Below, piece after piece: positions 25,327 through 36,705 of a DNA stretch of 64,000 nucleotides. The notes under the pieces were generated by a model. It saw only the letters and a program-made list of their open reading frames with translations, did no database searches and was not told the DNA's origin. Numbering within the stretch: the stretch's first letter is position 1; every line of letters begins with the position of its first letter. The stretch is from Rhina ancylostomus. Lineage: Eukaryota. A program made the position numbers and the translations under genes. Location: contig JARFYF010000074.1 in the NCBI GenBank assembly GCA_030265395.1, forward strand, positions 17,499,684 through 17,563,683. Reading direction: 5' to 3'.

Positions 25327-25905
25327 TAGAGTCAAAGAGTTATACAGCACGGAAACAGGCCTTTTCACCTCACTCAACCATGCCAACCAAGGTGCCTACC
25401 TGAGCTAGTCCTTTTTGCCTGCATTTGACCCATATCCCTCTCAACTTTTCACATCCATGTCCTTGTTCAAATGGTTTTTTTAAGTCTTGCAGTTGTGCCC
25501 ACCTCTATCACCTCCTCTAGTAGCCTGTTCCATATACCCACCACCCTCAATGTAGAAAAACATGCCCGTCAGGTCCCCTTTAAATCTTTCCTCCACCCTG
25601 GAAAAAAAGACTGTGACCATCTACCCTATCTATGCACCTCATGATTTTATTAACCTCAAGAAAATCACCATTCAGCACCCCTGACTCCAGGGAAAACAGT
25701 CCCAGCCTATCCAGTCTCTCCTTATAACTCAAGCCCTCCAGTCCCAGCAACATCCTTGTGGAATCTTTTCCGCACCCTCTCTTGCTTGGTCACTTCCTTC
25801 CTATTGTATGATGACCAGAACTGCACAAAATACTCCAAGTGAGGTCTCACCAACAGCTTTTACAGTTTTCACATGACGTTCCAGCTCTTGTACTCAATGC
25901 TTCCC
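25327..25905 (-). mobile_element. CR1 LINE 3' end, moderately preserved
   Basis: Tail TATACAGCACGGAAACAGGCC; GACCAGAACTGCACAAAATACTCCAAGTGAGGTCTCACCAA encodes LVRPHLEYFVQFWS on minus. Confidence 0.9.
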
Positions 25906-26671
25906 AAGCTAATAATTTTGAGCTTTATTGGGACTGCATTAAAGACTAAAGACAAAGAGATCTAAGTGAAAATGAGCTGGAGAATGAATGTGATGGCAGC
26001 TGAAAGCTGAGAATCACCAACGACAGACTGAACCTCAGTGTTCTCAAAGCNNNNNNNNNNTTTGGTGTCTCCAATGCTGTTATTTGTTTTATTTATTTGA
26101 AAAGTAAACTTTGAATTAAACAAATGAACAACTTACTTTGCTCAAAGAAAATAAGGCAAGCATTTCAGATCCTTATAAGTATGTTTCAGCTGGGGAGAAG
26201 TTCACTCATGCCTAAATTTGAGAATATACTAGACTCTGGAGTAATGTGGAGAGAGTCACATTTTCCTTTTATTGTGATCAAAATGAGGCAGATTTATAAC
26301 TAAACTCCTGTAGAGAAGGGTGAAATTGAATCTGCTCTTCATTGACATCTTTGTTAATGAGGCTCTTTTGGTTGTAAGGTGGAGGAGGTTTGCAGAATCG
26401 GTACAATCTTGGCTTCATTTGATCCCTCTTTCACCACGTTTTATCCTCCAGATCACTTCAAACTCCCCATTAATCAGACTTCACAATTTCATCATTTTAT
26501 ATAAAAACTTATTCTGAATTTTAATCCTAAATTAAGAGGCTTTGAGTACAGCAGTTTAAAGCCAAAGATGTTAAGTATTAAAATGTCCCTTGCTTAACTT
26601 ATACAGAATGTCTATGCAATGTTAAATTTCTTCCCCTGTGGACAACTCCCACCATTTTTAGCCAGCTGATA

Positions 26672-27060
26672 GTTTGGTAATTGGTTTATTATTATCACAT
26701 GTATCGACATACAGTGAAAAGTGTTGTTTTGCATGCCATCCATACAGATCATTCCAAAACATTAGAACATCAAGGTAGTACAAAAGGAAAAACAACAACA
26801 GAATGCAGAATATAATGTTACTGTTCCAGAAAAATTGTAGTGCAGGTCGACAAAGTACAAGGGCCATGACGAGGTAGATTGAGAGATCAAGAAGTTCATC
26901 TTTATCATACAAAATGTCCGTTCAAGAGTCTTATAACAGAAGATTAAAAGCTGTCCTTGAGGCTGGTGGTATGTGCTTTCACACTTTTGTATCTTCTTCC
27001 TAATTGGGGGGGGCAGCGTGGGTGGAGAAGAGAGAATGACCAGGGTGGGAGAGGTCTTTG
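26672..27060 (-). mobile_element. Rex1/Babar-type LINE 3' end (ORF C-terminus and UTR)
   Basis: Minus translation includes HPGHSL and GRRYKSVKAHTTSLKDSF; UTR ends TTTCACTGTATGTCGATACATGTGATAATAATAAACC. Confidence 0.8.
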
Positions 27061-27380
27061 AAGAACAATGCAAAATAATTTCCAACAATCTCTGCAAACA
27101 CAATAAATTTTAAAAGAACAATGTTTCAAGATATATGTGCTGGTGAGATACATATTTAAGGGAGATAAGCAAAATGGGGCCAGACCAGGAAAGGGCACTT
27201 GAGGCAAACAATCAGCCAGGATCTTGTTATGTGATGGAATAAGCTTGAGGGCAATCTCTTGCTCATATTTCTTAACCCTATTTTAGATATCAGTAAAATT
27301 GAGATGTTATGGAAATTGGGAAATCCACATTTTCAGGTCTCTACTGCAATGTGCCAGATGGTCTAACACACCCTCACTTA

Positions 27381-27455
27381 AATAAAATGCAGATGCTGGA
27401 ATTCTGGAATAAAAGCTAAACATGTTGGAAACACTCAGCAGGTCAAGTAACAGTT
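27381..27455 (-). mobile_element. Short Penelope-like terminal fragment (similar pieces near 18040, 44387, 48680, 48865)
   Basis: TGCAGATGCTGGAATTCTGGAATAAAAGC..TGTTGGAAACACTCAGCAGGTCA matches the arms at 59341 and 63462. Confidence 0.65.
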
Positions 27456-27489
27456 GCTAAATGTTTCCATGTTCTGTTTCTCACTCCTC

Positions 27490-27760
27490 GGATCTCTGGC
27501 CTACATTTTGGCTGCTCCTGGCATCTCTGACTTCCATGAGCCTCACCAGATTTCTGAACCCCCATCTTAGCTGCTGTTGGGTTCTCTGACCTCCATCTTG
27601 GCTTCTGCCTCGCTCCTTAACCATCCTCCGTCTCTGCCACTCCCAGGATCCTTGGCCCCATTTTGGCTGCTGCCAGGATCTATGGCCTCTTGCTCTGCTG
27701 ATCCCACAGCCTTTGACCTCACTGTAGTCCATTCCCAGAGTTTGTTGTCCTCCTGCCAAA
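27490..27760. repeat. Degenerate ~30-bp minisatellite, about 8 units
   Basis: Units such as GGATCTCTGGCCTACATTTTGGCTGCTCCT, GGGTTCTCTGACCTCCATCTTGGCTTCTGCC, GGATCCTTGGCCCCATTTTGGCTGCTGCCA. Confidence 0.7.
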
Positions 27761-28261
27761 CTCCAGACCCAGACTCATCTTTATCTTCAAAAGACTTTGC
27801 AAATCAACCAATTCATATTCCTGGATTAGAGCAATGATTTTCAGTACATTGTGCATTAAAAGAAAAACAGTAATTACTGTGGAAAACTACTCCAGGGATA
27901 TGATCTAGTGGCATAATATAAGTGATTTTTTTAAAGTGTAGAAAACTGGTTATGTAATTTGCACTATTTACCCCAGAAATGAAAACAGCACTGACTTTTG
28001 CAAATTATCACAATAAATAAAACTAATTTTCCGCATTTGGTTCTGTTGACTGCAATCAGCACAACTTTTTACAGCAATTTCGATAGAGGGGCATATTCAA
28101 CAGGTGGACCTTCTGACCTGGCTTGTGAATGGGGAAACTTAGAGGTTACCTTCGATGACAATCAGTACTCTTAGCACAACAAATTCTTGATGTCAAATAA
28201 CAGATGTCATGTGGCAAGTCTGGAAGAGAGTACAGAAGTCTGATAAAGTACCATGATATAA

Positions 28262-29010
28262 AATAATGGATGTTGATTCCTGGAATGAGAGAGTTGTTTT
28301 ATGAGGAGAGATTGAGCAGAGAAAGCTTTTACTCTCCTGAGTATGATTCCATTGAAACATATAAGATTCTTAAAGGGCTTGACAGGTTAGATGCTTTGAA
28401 GATATTTTCCCTGGTGGGGGAGTCTTGGGGGGGATGTTCTCAAGGTGAGGGCGTGACCATTGAAGGCGAAGTGCACAGGAATTTCTTTTCTGAGCGTTGT
28501 GGATCTTTGGAATTCTTCACAAATGTTAAGATAGCAAGGGAATCGAGCGTTATGGTGATAAGGCAGGCGGAGTCCGATTCCCGTCGCTGTCTGTAAGGAG
28601 TTTGTACGTTCTCCCGTGTCCATGTGGGTTTCCTCCGGGTGATCCGGNNNNNNNNNNNNNNNNNNNNNNNNNNNNNNNNNNNNNNNNNNNNNNNNNNNNN
28701 NNNNNNNNNNNNNNNNNNNNNNNNNNNNNNNNNNNNNNNNNNNNNNNTCCATGTGGGTTTCCTGCGGGTGATCCGGTTTCCTTCCACATTACAAAGATGT
28801 GCGGGTAGGTTAACATGGGTTTAAGAAAAAGGGCGGTGCGGACTCGTTGGGCCGAAGGAGCCTGTTACCATGCTGTAAATAAAATTTTAAAAAGAATTAA
28901 TTTAAATGGAGTTGAAGCCAAAGATCCAATCAGAACCGATATTAATGATTGGAAGAGCAGACTGAAGAGGCTGTGTAACCTCCTCTGGTTCATATTTCTG
29001 ATGTTCTAGT
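28262..29010 (+). mobile_element. CR1 3' end split by a V-SINE insertion
   Basis: LIPGMRELFYEERLSR..IETYKILKGLDRLDA is a typical CR1 ORF2 C-terminus; the tail resumes near 28905. Confidence 0.85.
28566..28890 (+). mobile_element. 5'-truncated young V-SINE with short CR1-type tail (contains assembly gap)
   Basis: CGATTCCCGTCGCTGTCTGTAAGGAGTTTGTACGTTCTCCCGTG core; tail GGACTCGTTGGGCCGAAGGAGCCTGTTACCATGCTGTAAATAAA. Confidence 0.8.
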
Positions 29011-29754
29011 ATATTCCCAGCTTCTTATTTCTTTACATGCTCCCAATTGAGCTATGGCAGTTCTTTACAATAGACTAAAGTGTCAATATACCTTCACCTC
29101 AGACAAACATTACTGCATCAATGTGATGGTTCTTCTGTGTCTAAAAAATGTCCTAATAACTTCTGTGAGTGAGACAACCAATCTCACGTTGGCTTATGCC
29201 AGACTGCGAGTAGTTTGGTGCTGTGAGCTTGTGGGAATGGAAGTATTCAAACTGCCTTCACTTTACAACTTAATGGGCTGTGTGGGGATAGAGGGCAGAA
29301 CTACATATCAGCATTATGGGCTGGATTCTGGGTCAGGTCCTTGAGGTAAGAGGACAGAACTATAACTGCCTGCCACTCAGTCGTCCTATTTAGTCAATAT
29401 TATCTATGCATCTCTATCTAATTATTTCTTCTTCATCTTTTTCTTTTGATTATCATAAGGTAATTTCAGTTGCACCATGGGTTTACTTGACATTTTCAAA
29501 GATCAAGGAGCACTCCAACAACCTTTTCATAAATCTCCCTGGTGGTGGGGTCTCCAGTAATTGATATGTAAGCATAAACAAAGAACAACANNNNNNNNNN
29601 NNNNNNNNNNNNNNNNNNNNNNNNNNNNNNNNNNNNNNNNNNNNNNNNNNNNNNNNNNNNNNNNNGCTCTTTAAAGATCCATTCTACCTTTCCTTTAACC
29701 CTTTCAGTGTCCGGTTCTGCTCAAGCAGATGTTCAGAGAATGATGCCAAGCAGT

Positions 29755-30095
29755 GTGAGAATCTTGCAGAAGGAGACATGGTTTCACGTTAAGTGGTCAG
29801 TCATTTAAGACTGAGATACAGAGCATTTTCTTCTTCCAGGGGATGAGGAATCTTTGGAATTCTCTGCCCCAGACAATTGTGGAGGCTGGCTCATTAGAAA
29901 TATTCACAGAAATATTTGGAGATAAGTAATTTTTTGAAAGATTGGGTGATTGAGGACTGTGGGGATCTGACACAGAGGAGGACATGAGGCCTGGGGTAGA
30001 TCAATCATGTTCACATTGAATTGTGGGGGGGGCGGGGGGGCAGGCTTGAGCAGTCAGCTGGCCTACTCCTGCCCTTATTACGATCTTGTGTTCTT
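29755..30095 (+). mobile_element. CR1 LINE 3' end
   Basis: TTTAAGACTGAGATACAGAGCATTTTCTTCTTCCAGGGGATGAGGAATCTTTGGAATTCTCTGCCCCAG..GGCCTACTCCTGC..TGTTCT. Confidence 0.8.
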
Positions 30096-30329
30096 TTGTT
30101 CAGTGCGACTGTACCAATGGCATCACTGACGTAACCATTTGAGAGAGTAATTATATGAGTCAGGCCATAAGTAAGCAAATGACTGAGATATTACTTAGCT
30201 CTCTAAGATAAATGTACTAATCCTCCTATTGAAAAAGACAATATTAATTACTTGTGCACAAAATGAAAGGCTGCAGTCATTGCTTTTGAATGTTAACTCC
30301 TCATTCCCCTTTGGCATGAGAAATAAAAT

Positions 30330-30520
30330 CATGGTGTCAATGGATGGGCATGGGAGATCTCATGAGAATGTACGAAGGAGAGCAAAAGATTTTCTCCCAG
30401 AATCCAGGCCAATATTTATCCCTCAACCAAAATTAGTCCAGTGACTACATTTCAAAAACATTTAATTGGTTGTGAAGCAATGCATTGAGACTATGAAGCA
30501 TGCTGTTTAAATGCAAGAAT
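30330..30520 (+). mobile_element. DeuSINE (SacSINE1/AmnSINE1-like) remnant with internal deletion
   Basis: GGCCAATATTTATCCCTCAACCAA joined to CAGTGACTACATTTCAAAA..ATTGGTTGTGAAGC..AAATGCAAG; family recognised from memory of the consensus. Confidence 0.6.
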
Positions 30521-30589
30521 TTTTATCCTTTTAGTTGAAATGTGTCACACTGTTGGCATTCAGTTATTCGCTCATGCCAATTCGATGTC

Positions 30590-32244
30590 ACTGCATCAGT
30601 AACCTATCCACCATCTTAAACATCCACTTCCTCGCTACCAGAGCAACACAGCTGCCGTGTCTACCAGCTCTAAGGCACTCTGTCACAGGCACCAAGGCTT
30701 CTTCAACAGCACCCTCCAAACCACAGTCTCCATGAGAATTAGCCATGGTAGCACCACCACCTCTAGGTTCCCCTTCAAGTCATACTCCATTCTGACTTGA
30801 AAATATGTCAACCTTCATGTCAACAAAATATAAGCTATTTTTTAATCTTCTTTTTCTGGGTGTGGGTTATACGAGCAAGGTCAGTATTTATTCTCCACCC
30901 TGAATTTCCCCTGTGAAAGTGGTGATGAGGTGGGTCCCTTTAAACTACAGTGAATCAGGTCTTCCTTGTAATGTGAAGGCTTGCTTTTGAAGAAGTGATT
31001 CTTGCCATCCGTGGGCAATGCTTCCAATAATGAAAGTATCAGAAGTGGTGTGCAGCCAGGCAGGCATTGCACACCATTGATGCCAATGTCCAAGCCCAGA
31101 AGCCTCTGTGCATTACTGTTTCAAATGCATGGAGGACCCAGAAGAAAATTCATGGATTTTGTACACTGCTGACCATCCTGGATGTCCTGATATAATTATA
31201 TCACATAGCTCATCAAGATATTAGACTATGAGCGTCATTTCTACACCCATTACTCAAACATTTCAATCCTATTGCAATGAAGACAATGTACTACTTGCCT
31301 ACCCAATTATTTAATTTCAAACATATGTTTAACTTGGAAGAAAGATCATTAATTTTTCATGATGCAGGCATTGCTGGCATGACCAGCATTTATTGCTCAT
31401 CCCTTAGAAAGTAGTAATAAACACTCACCTTGAACCACTGCGGTCCACCCTCTGTGGGTACTTCCGTAATGGTGTTGGGAAGAAACTCAGCAATGATAAG
31501 CTATTTATTTATTAGTCACAAGTACATCGAAACACACAGTGAAATGCTTCTTTTTGCGTTACTGAGAACGTGCTGGGGACAGTCTGCAAGTATCACCATG
31601 CTTCTGGCACCAACGTAGCATGCCCACAGCTCCCAACCTGTACGTCTTTGAAATGTGGGAGGAAACCGGAGCACCCGGAGGAAACCCACGCAGACATGGG
31701 GAGAGCATACAAACTCCTTGCAGACGACAGTGGGAATTGAACCTGGGTTGCTGGCGCTGTAATAGCATTAGATGAAGAATGAACAGTGAGAAGTTTCCAT
31801 TTAAAATGGAAAAGAGCTTGCAGCTGGTGATGTTTCCATGTGCCCACTGCCCTTGTCCTTCTTGGTAGAAAAGATTGTATGTTTAAGGGGTGCTGTTGAA
31901 ATAGCCTTGGTGAAGAACTGAATTGAATTTTGTGGATGGATTGGTGCATTGACAGTGGACGGTTTGTTGATAGTGTGCCAATCAAGTGAGCTGCTTTGCC
32001 ATGCATGGTGTCTAGCTTCTTGATGGCTGTGGGAGCCGCACTCATCCAGGTATGTGGTGAGTATTCTATCACATTCCATGTAGATGAAGTATACTCAGCA
32101 TCTGACCTGTTCTTGTAACATCGGTACTTGTATAGTTATTCCATTTTAGTTTTGGGTGAATGTAACAAACCCCTCTCACCTGCCACCCTGCCAAAATGTT
32201 TACGGGGGAGAGTTGGTGGTGGAAGCATTAATGACTGTCAAGGT
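30590..32244. mobile_element. Fragments of a second CR1-clade LINE family: plus piece ~30590-30810, minus pieces ~30850-31120 and ~31350-32244 (the last interrupted by a V-SINE)
   Basis: Minus ORF 31593-32072: IEYSPHTWMSAAPTAIKKLDTMHGKAAHLIGTLST; tail CATTGCTGGCATGACCAGCATTTATTGCTCATCCCT at 31370-31405. Confidence 0.75.
31500..31766 (-). mobile_element. Young V-SINE with Rex1-like tail, nested in a LINE
   Basis: Reverse complement aligns along its length with 15650-15910; LINE sequence continues on both sides. Confidence 0.85.
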
Positions 32245-33164
32245 NNNNNNNNNNNNNNNNNNNNNNNNNNNNNNNNNNNNNNNNNNNNNNNNNNNNNNNN
32301 NNNNNNNNNNNNNNNNNNNNNNNNNNNNNNNNNNNNNNNNNNNNNNNNNNNNNNNNNNNNNNNNNNNNNNNNNNNNNNNNNNNNNNNNNNNNNNNNNNNN
32401 NNNNNNNNNNNNNNNNNNNNNNNNNNNNNNNNNNNNNNNNNNNNNNNNNNNNNNNNNNNNNNNNNNNNNNNNNNNNNNNNNNNNNNNNNNNNNNNNNNNN
32501 NNNNNNNNNNNNNNNNNNNNNNNNNNNNNNNNNNNNNNNNNNNNNNNNNNNNNNNNNNNNNNNNNNNNNNNNNNNNNNNNNNNNNNNNNNNNNNNNNNNN
32601 NNNNNNNNNNNNNNNNNNNNNNNNNNNNNNNNNNNNNNNNNNNNNNNNNNNNNNNNNNNNNNNNNNNNNNNNNNNNNNNNNNNNNNNNNNNNNNNNNNNN
32701 NNNNNNNNNNNNNNNNNNNNNNNNNNNNNNNNNNNNNNNNNNNNNNNNNNNNNNNNNNNNNNNNNNNNNNNNNNNNNNNNNNNNNNNNNNNNNNNNNNNN
32801 NNNNNNNNNNNNNNNNNNNNNNATAATGTGCAATTCTTGGCTGGTGCTGAAAATTCAACATTGCCACTGATGTTGCAAGCTTAATTTTTGCTACATTTGC
32901 ATAACATATAGTCAAACCCAAAGGAAACATTATTTTTCTGTAAATTTCACTGATATGTTTCTGCTGGGCCATCTGGACAACAATATGAGTTAGTGTCTTC
33001 CAGGAAGTTTGGTTTTGATTTGCTTTTTTTTGCCAGGATTAAGAAATATGTAGTCACACAGTTGTTTGTAGCAATTACTACAGGTAAAATGTAGATGTTG
33101 AACCCTGGATTTAAAATGCCATTTGGGATACTTCTGAGCCAAACTAGAGTTGAAGACAGGAAAT

Positions 33165-35130
33165 GTGAATCATAGAAACTCACAACACTGGAAATGACCA
33201 TTTGGTCTATTGTATCCGTGCTGGCAAAAAATGGACTTTGTGTTCGTCCCACTTCCCAGCTCTTGGGTTAAAGTCTGGAAGGCTCTTTGTGTGCTCATTC
33301 AAGTATTTTATAAATGTGCGAGCTCTAATTCAGACTCCCACCACTCATTTTTTCTCAATTGCTCGCTAATCCTTCTGCCAATTAAATAACCTTATGTTCC
33401 CTTGCTACTGACCTCTGTTGTGGGTAATAGAAGTGAAGTCTACACTTCCCAAGCCTCTCATAGATTTTTACACTTCAATTAAATTTCCCTCACGACATCC
33501 CATTCTCCAAGTAAAACATCCCCAGCCCAGGTGGTCTCTCCTCAAAATTCTGGTGCTCCAGCCCTAACAACAACCTTGCAAATCTTCTCTGCACCCTCTC
33601 TGTTGCTATCACATCCTTTCTGGAGAAGAATGACCAGAAGTATAGGCAGTAATTTAACATTGGCCAACTAGTATTTTATGCAGTTTGAGTCTGACCTCCC
33701 TGTTCTCATATTCTGTGCCTTGGTCAATAAAGACAAGTTTCCCACATGCCTTCTTAACAAACTTAACTACTGTGCTGAGAACTTAAGGGATTTATGGACT
33801 GTCATTGAGATCAAACTCCCAAGATCAAGGTTCCTCCATACTTTTTATTACTTTACCATTTATTCCTTGCCTTGTTTTACCTCCCCAAATGCATTAACTC
33901 AGAGTTCTTCAGATTGAGTTCCACTTGTCATTTCTGTCAGCCAAACCAGTATAGCAATGACTTTCTGCGTCCCAGAAATATCAGAATCAGAATCAGAATT
34001 AGGTTTATTATCTCTGATACAGTATATATTGTGAATTTTGTTGTTTTGCAGCAACAGTATAGTGCAAGGCATAAAAATTACGACAAGTTACAAAAATAAA
34101 TAAGTAGTGCAAAAGAGGTAGTGTTCATGGGTTCATGGACTGTTCAANNNNNNNNNNNNNNNNNNNNNNNNNNNNNNNNNNNNNNNNNNNNNNNNNNNNN
34201 NNNNNNNNNNNNNNNNNNNNNNNNNNNNNNNNNNNNNNNNNNNNNNNNNNNNNNNNNNNNNNNNNNNNNNNNNNNNNNNNNNNNNNNNNNNNNNNNNNNN
34301 NNNNNNNNNNNNNNNNNNNNNNNNNNNNNNNNNNNNNNNNNNNNNNNNNNNNNNNNNNNNNNNNNNNNNNNNNNNNNNNNNNNNNNNNNNNNNNNNNNNN
34401 NNNNNNNNNNNNNNNNNNNNNNNNNNNNNNNNNNNNNNNNNNNNNNNNNNNNNNNNNNNNNNNNNNNNNNNNNNNNNNNNNNNNNNNNNNNNNNNNNNNN
34501 NNNNNNNNNNNNNNNNNNNNNNNNNNNNNNTGGCATGCCTTATTCCTGACTGTCAAACACACTGCCAATTTTTGTTATCAACATATATCTCAACTGTGAC
34601 CCTGAGATTTGAATGCAAATCTTGTATTTATACCAGGAAAAGCTGGTGACCTATGGGACCCTACTGCAGTCAACCCACTATTCACAAAACTGTTGCCATT
34701 TACCCTTTGCTTTCCGCCAGTAAGCTAGTTTTAATCTAATTTACCATTTTCCCATGAAACTCATGGGCTTTTACTTTCTTCAACAAACCTCCATTTGACA
34801 CATTGTCAAGCATCATTCTAAAATCCATCTCTTTAGTATTTCAAGTGTTGTACCCTCATTTCCACCATGTTACCTCCTCAAAAAATTCACCTAATTTACT
34901 CAGACATGATCTTCCTTGAGCAACTCCATGCTCACTCCTTGAACAATCTGTGCTTTATGCTGTCCTTAAGAATTTTTTGCCCACGATTAGCTCATTATTA
35001 ATTCAAAGTTCCTGGCTTATGTTTACTTGGTCTATCCTTGCTCCCTTTTTAAACAATGATACCCCACAAGCAACATTCCTGTCTTCTAGCCTCATGCCTA
35101 TCAGAGCCTGCATAATTTGCTCCCCCTTGC
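33165..35130 (-). mobile_element. Old CR1 LINE (~2 kb including insert and gap)
   Basis: Tail GAATCATAGAAACTCACAACACTGGAAATGACCATTTGG; AATCTTCTCTGCACCCTCTC; TTGTCAAGCATCATTCTAAAATCCAT (minus MDFRMMLD, a degenerate LDF.KAFD motif). Confidence 0.7.
33979..34147 (-). mobile_element. Rex1-like LINE 3' UTR with (TCTGAT)n tail, nested in CR1, cut by a gap
   Basis: ATCAGAATCAGAATCAGAATTAGGTTTATTAT followed by UTR-like sequence up to the N run. Confidence 0.6.
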
Positions 35131-35314
35131 TTCTTCAAAGATCTCCAGAAGCTTTCTACCTTTGCCTAGTGATTTATTTACCTTTAAACAAGTCGAACCC
35201 ATTAACATGTCCACTCTCTCTCTGTTTCTCACAATGGAGGAAAAAAAAGTTCTTCTTCCACAGAGTGGGAGAAGAACATTTTGGAGAACTGTCTATCTCT
35301 GGGCATTGCATTCA

Positions 35315-35720
35315 GTAGTGGTCTAGTAATATTGCATTCCATTACTGAACTGGTAATCCAGAAGTCTGCACTCATAATATGGTGATGTGAGTTCAAATCC
35401 CACCATGGCAGCTGGGAAATTTCAATTAAATTAATTAATTAAAAAAGAAATGTGGAATCATAAAGCCAGTATCATTAATGCTGTGGCTGAAACTGCTGGG
35501 TTATCATTAAATATCAGCCTGGTTCACTTTTGTCCTTGAGTAAAATAAATTTGCTGTCCTCACTTGATCTGGCCTGTGTGTAGCTCAGGATACAAAAAAA
35601 TTGGTTGATTCTTAATTGTTCTCTGAAATAATTATGCAATCCACTCAGTTAAAGGGTAATTAGGGAGTGGCGATAAAAGCTGGCCTTGCAGTGATGTCCG
35701 CAACCATTGAAAGATTTTTT
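35315..35720 (+). mobile_element. Old tRNA-derived SINE whose tail matches the second CR1-clade LINE family
   Basis: B-box GAGTTCAAATCCC at 35388-35401; tail GGTAATTAGGGAGTGGCGATAAAAGCTGGCCTTGCAGTGATG resembles the LINE tails at 31370 (rc), 41280 and 58445 (rc). Confidence 0.65.
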
Positions 35721-36557
35721 TTAAAGTCAAGAGAAGATCATCAAAGGGTTAGCTACTTGAGTGCTGATCTGGAAGTTAGGATTTGGGAGTGAAAAAGGGA
35801 AAATAACCTACCAAGCATGCAGTATATATTAGCTTCAAACTGGCATGGACTGGGTTTGACTGTTTTTCTAAGTCAGGGAAGTAAGTGTGGTTGTGGGTCA
35901 GATATTAATCCAGATGCAAATGCTGAAAAGTGCAGAGAGAGTTTGAAATGTGCCAGAAAAGAAAAAAAGCAGTCCAATCTCAACACTCAATAAAAGGTTT
36001 GCTGTGTGAATAACAGGAAAATTCAAACGTAAAGTACCCTTGGGATTGTTTTTGCTGTGTGGAACAATATAATATGGGAAATATTGAAGAATAAAATAGA
36101 TCTTTGAAATAAAGTCTATCTTCATCATCTTGAGAAGTGATTTATATCTGTCTGCATGGGCACATTGCATTCAATATAACTGAGTGTTCCCCAAACATAT
36201 TTGACAAAATGGCCAGAGTGGTTACTTTTGGAGAATGAAGGTCTTCAAATTCTGCACACCACCATAGTCTAATGTTCTCAATAAGCATCTGCCAAACTCA
36301 ACATGCATCTAGAGAAGAGGAAAACTTCTTCAAAGGCAGTATGCCTTGAAGAGACTTTGCAGTGGAGTAATAAAACCACTTCAGTAGCTTTTAGCGGTCG
36401 AAAAGAACTTTAAGAGATCAGCTAAATTTTGAACAATATCTGCTTCATGAACAGTTGTTTGCTGGAGGAGATCATATTGAATATCTCAATTGGTACCAAA
36501 TTCTCTTGAACAATCAGCTGTGTTCATTGTTTCCCTAATCCTCCTAACAGTTTATTA

Positions 36558-36705
36558 ATTATTATTATTATTGCCACATGTACCAGGCTACAGCATGCCA
36601 TCCATACAAATAATTTCATCACATTAGTGCATTGTGGCAATGTAAAGGAAAACAACAGAATGCAGAATAAAGTGGTACAGAAAAAGTGCAGTGCAAGCAG
36701 ATAAG
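36558..36705 (-). mobile_element. Rex1-like LINE 3' UTR fragment
   Basis: Aligns with 26685-26850 (CACATGTACC..GCATGCCATCCATACA..CAGAATGCAGAATA..AGTGCA). Confidence 0.75.

Noticed and set aside
32128-34599. Longest ORFs in the track (130-244 aa)
   Set aside because: They consist mostly of N runs.
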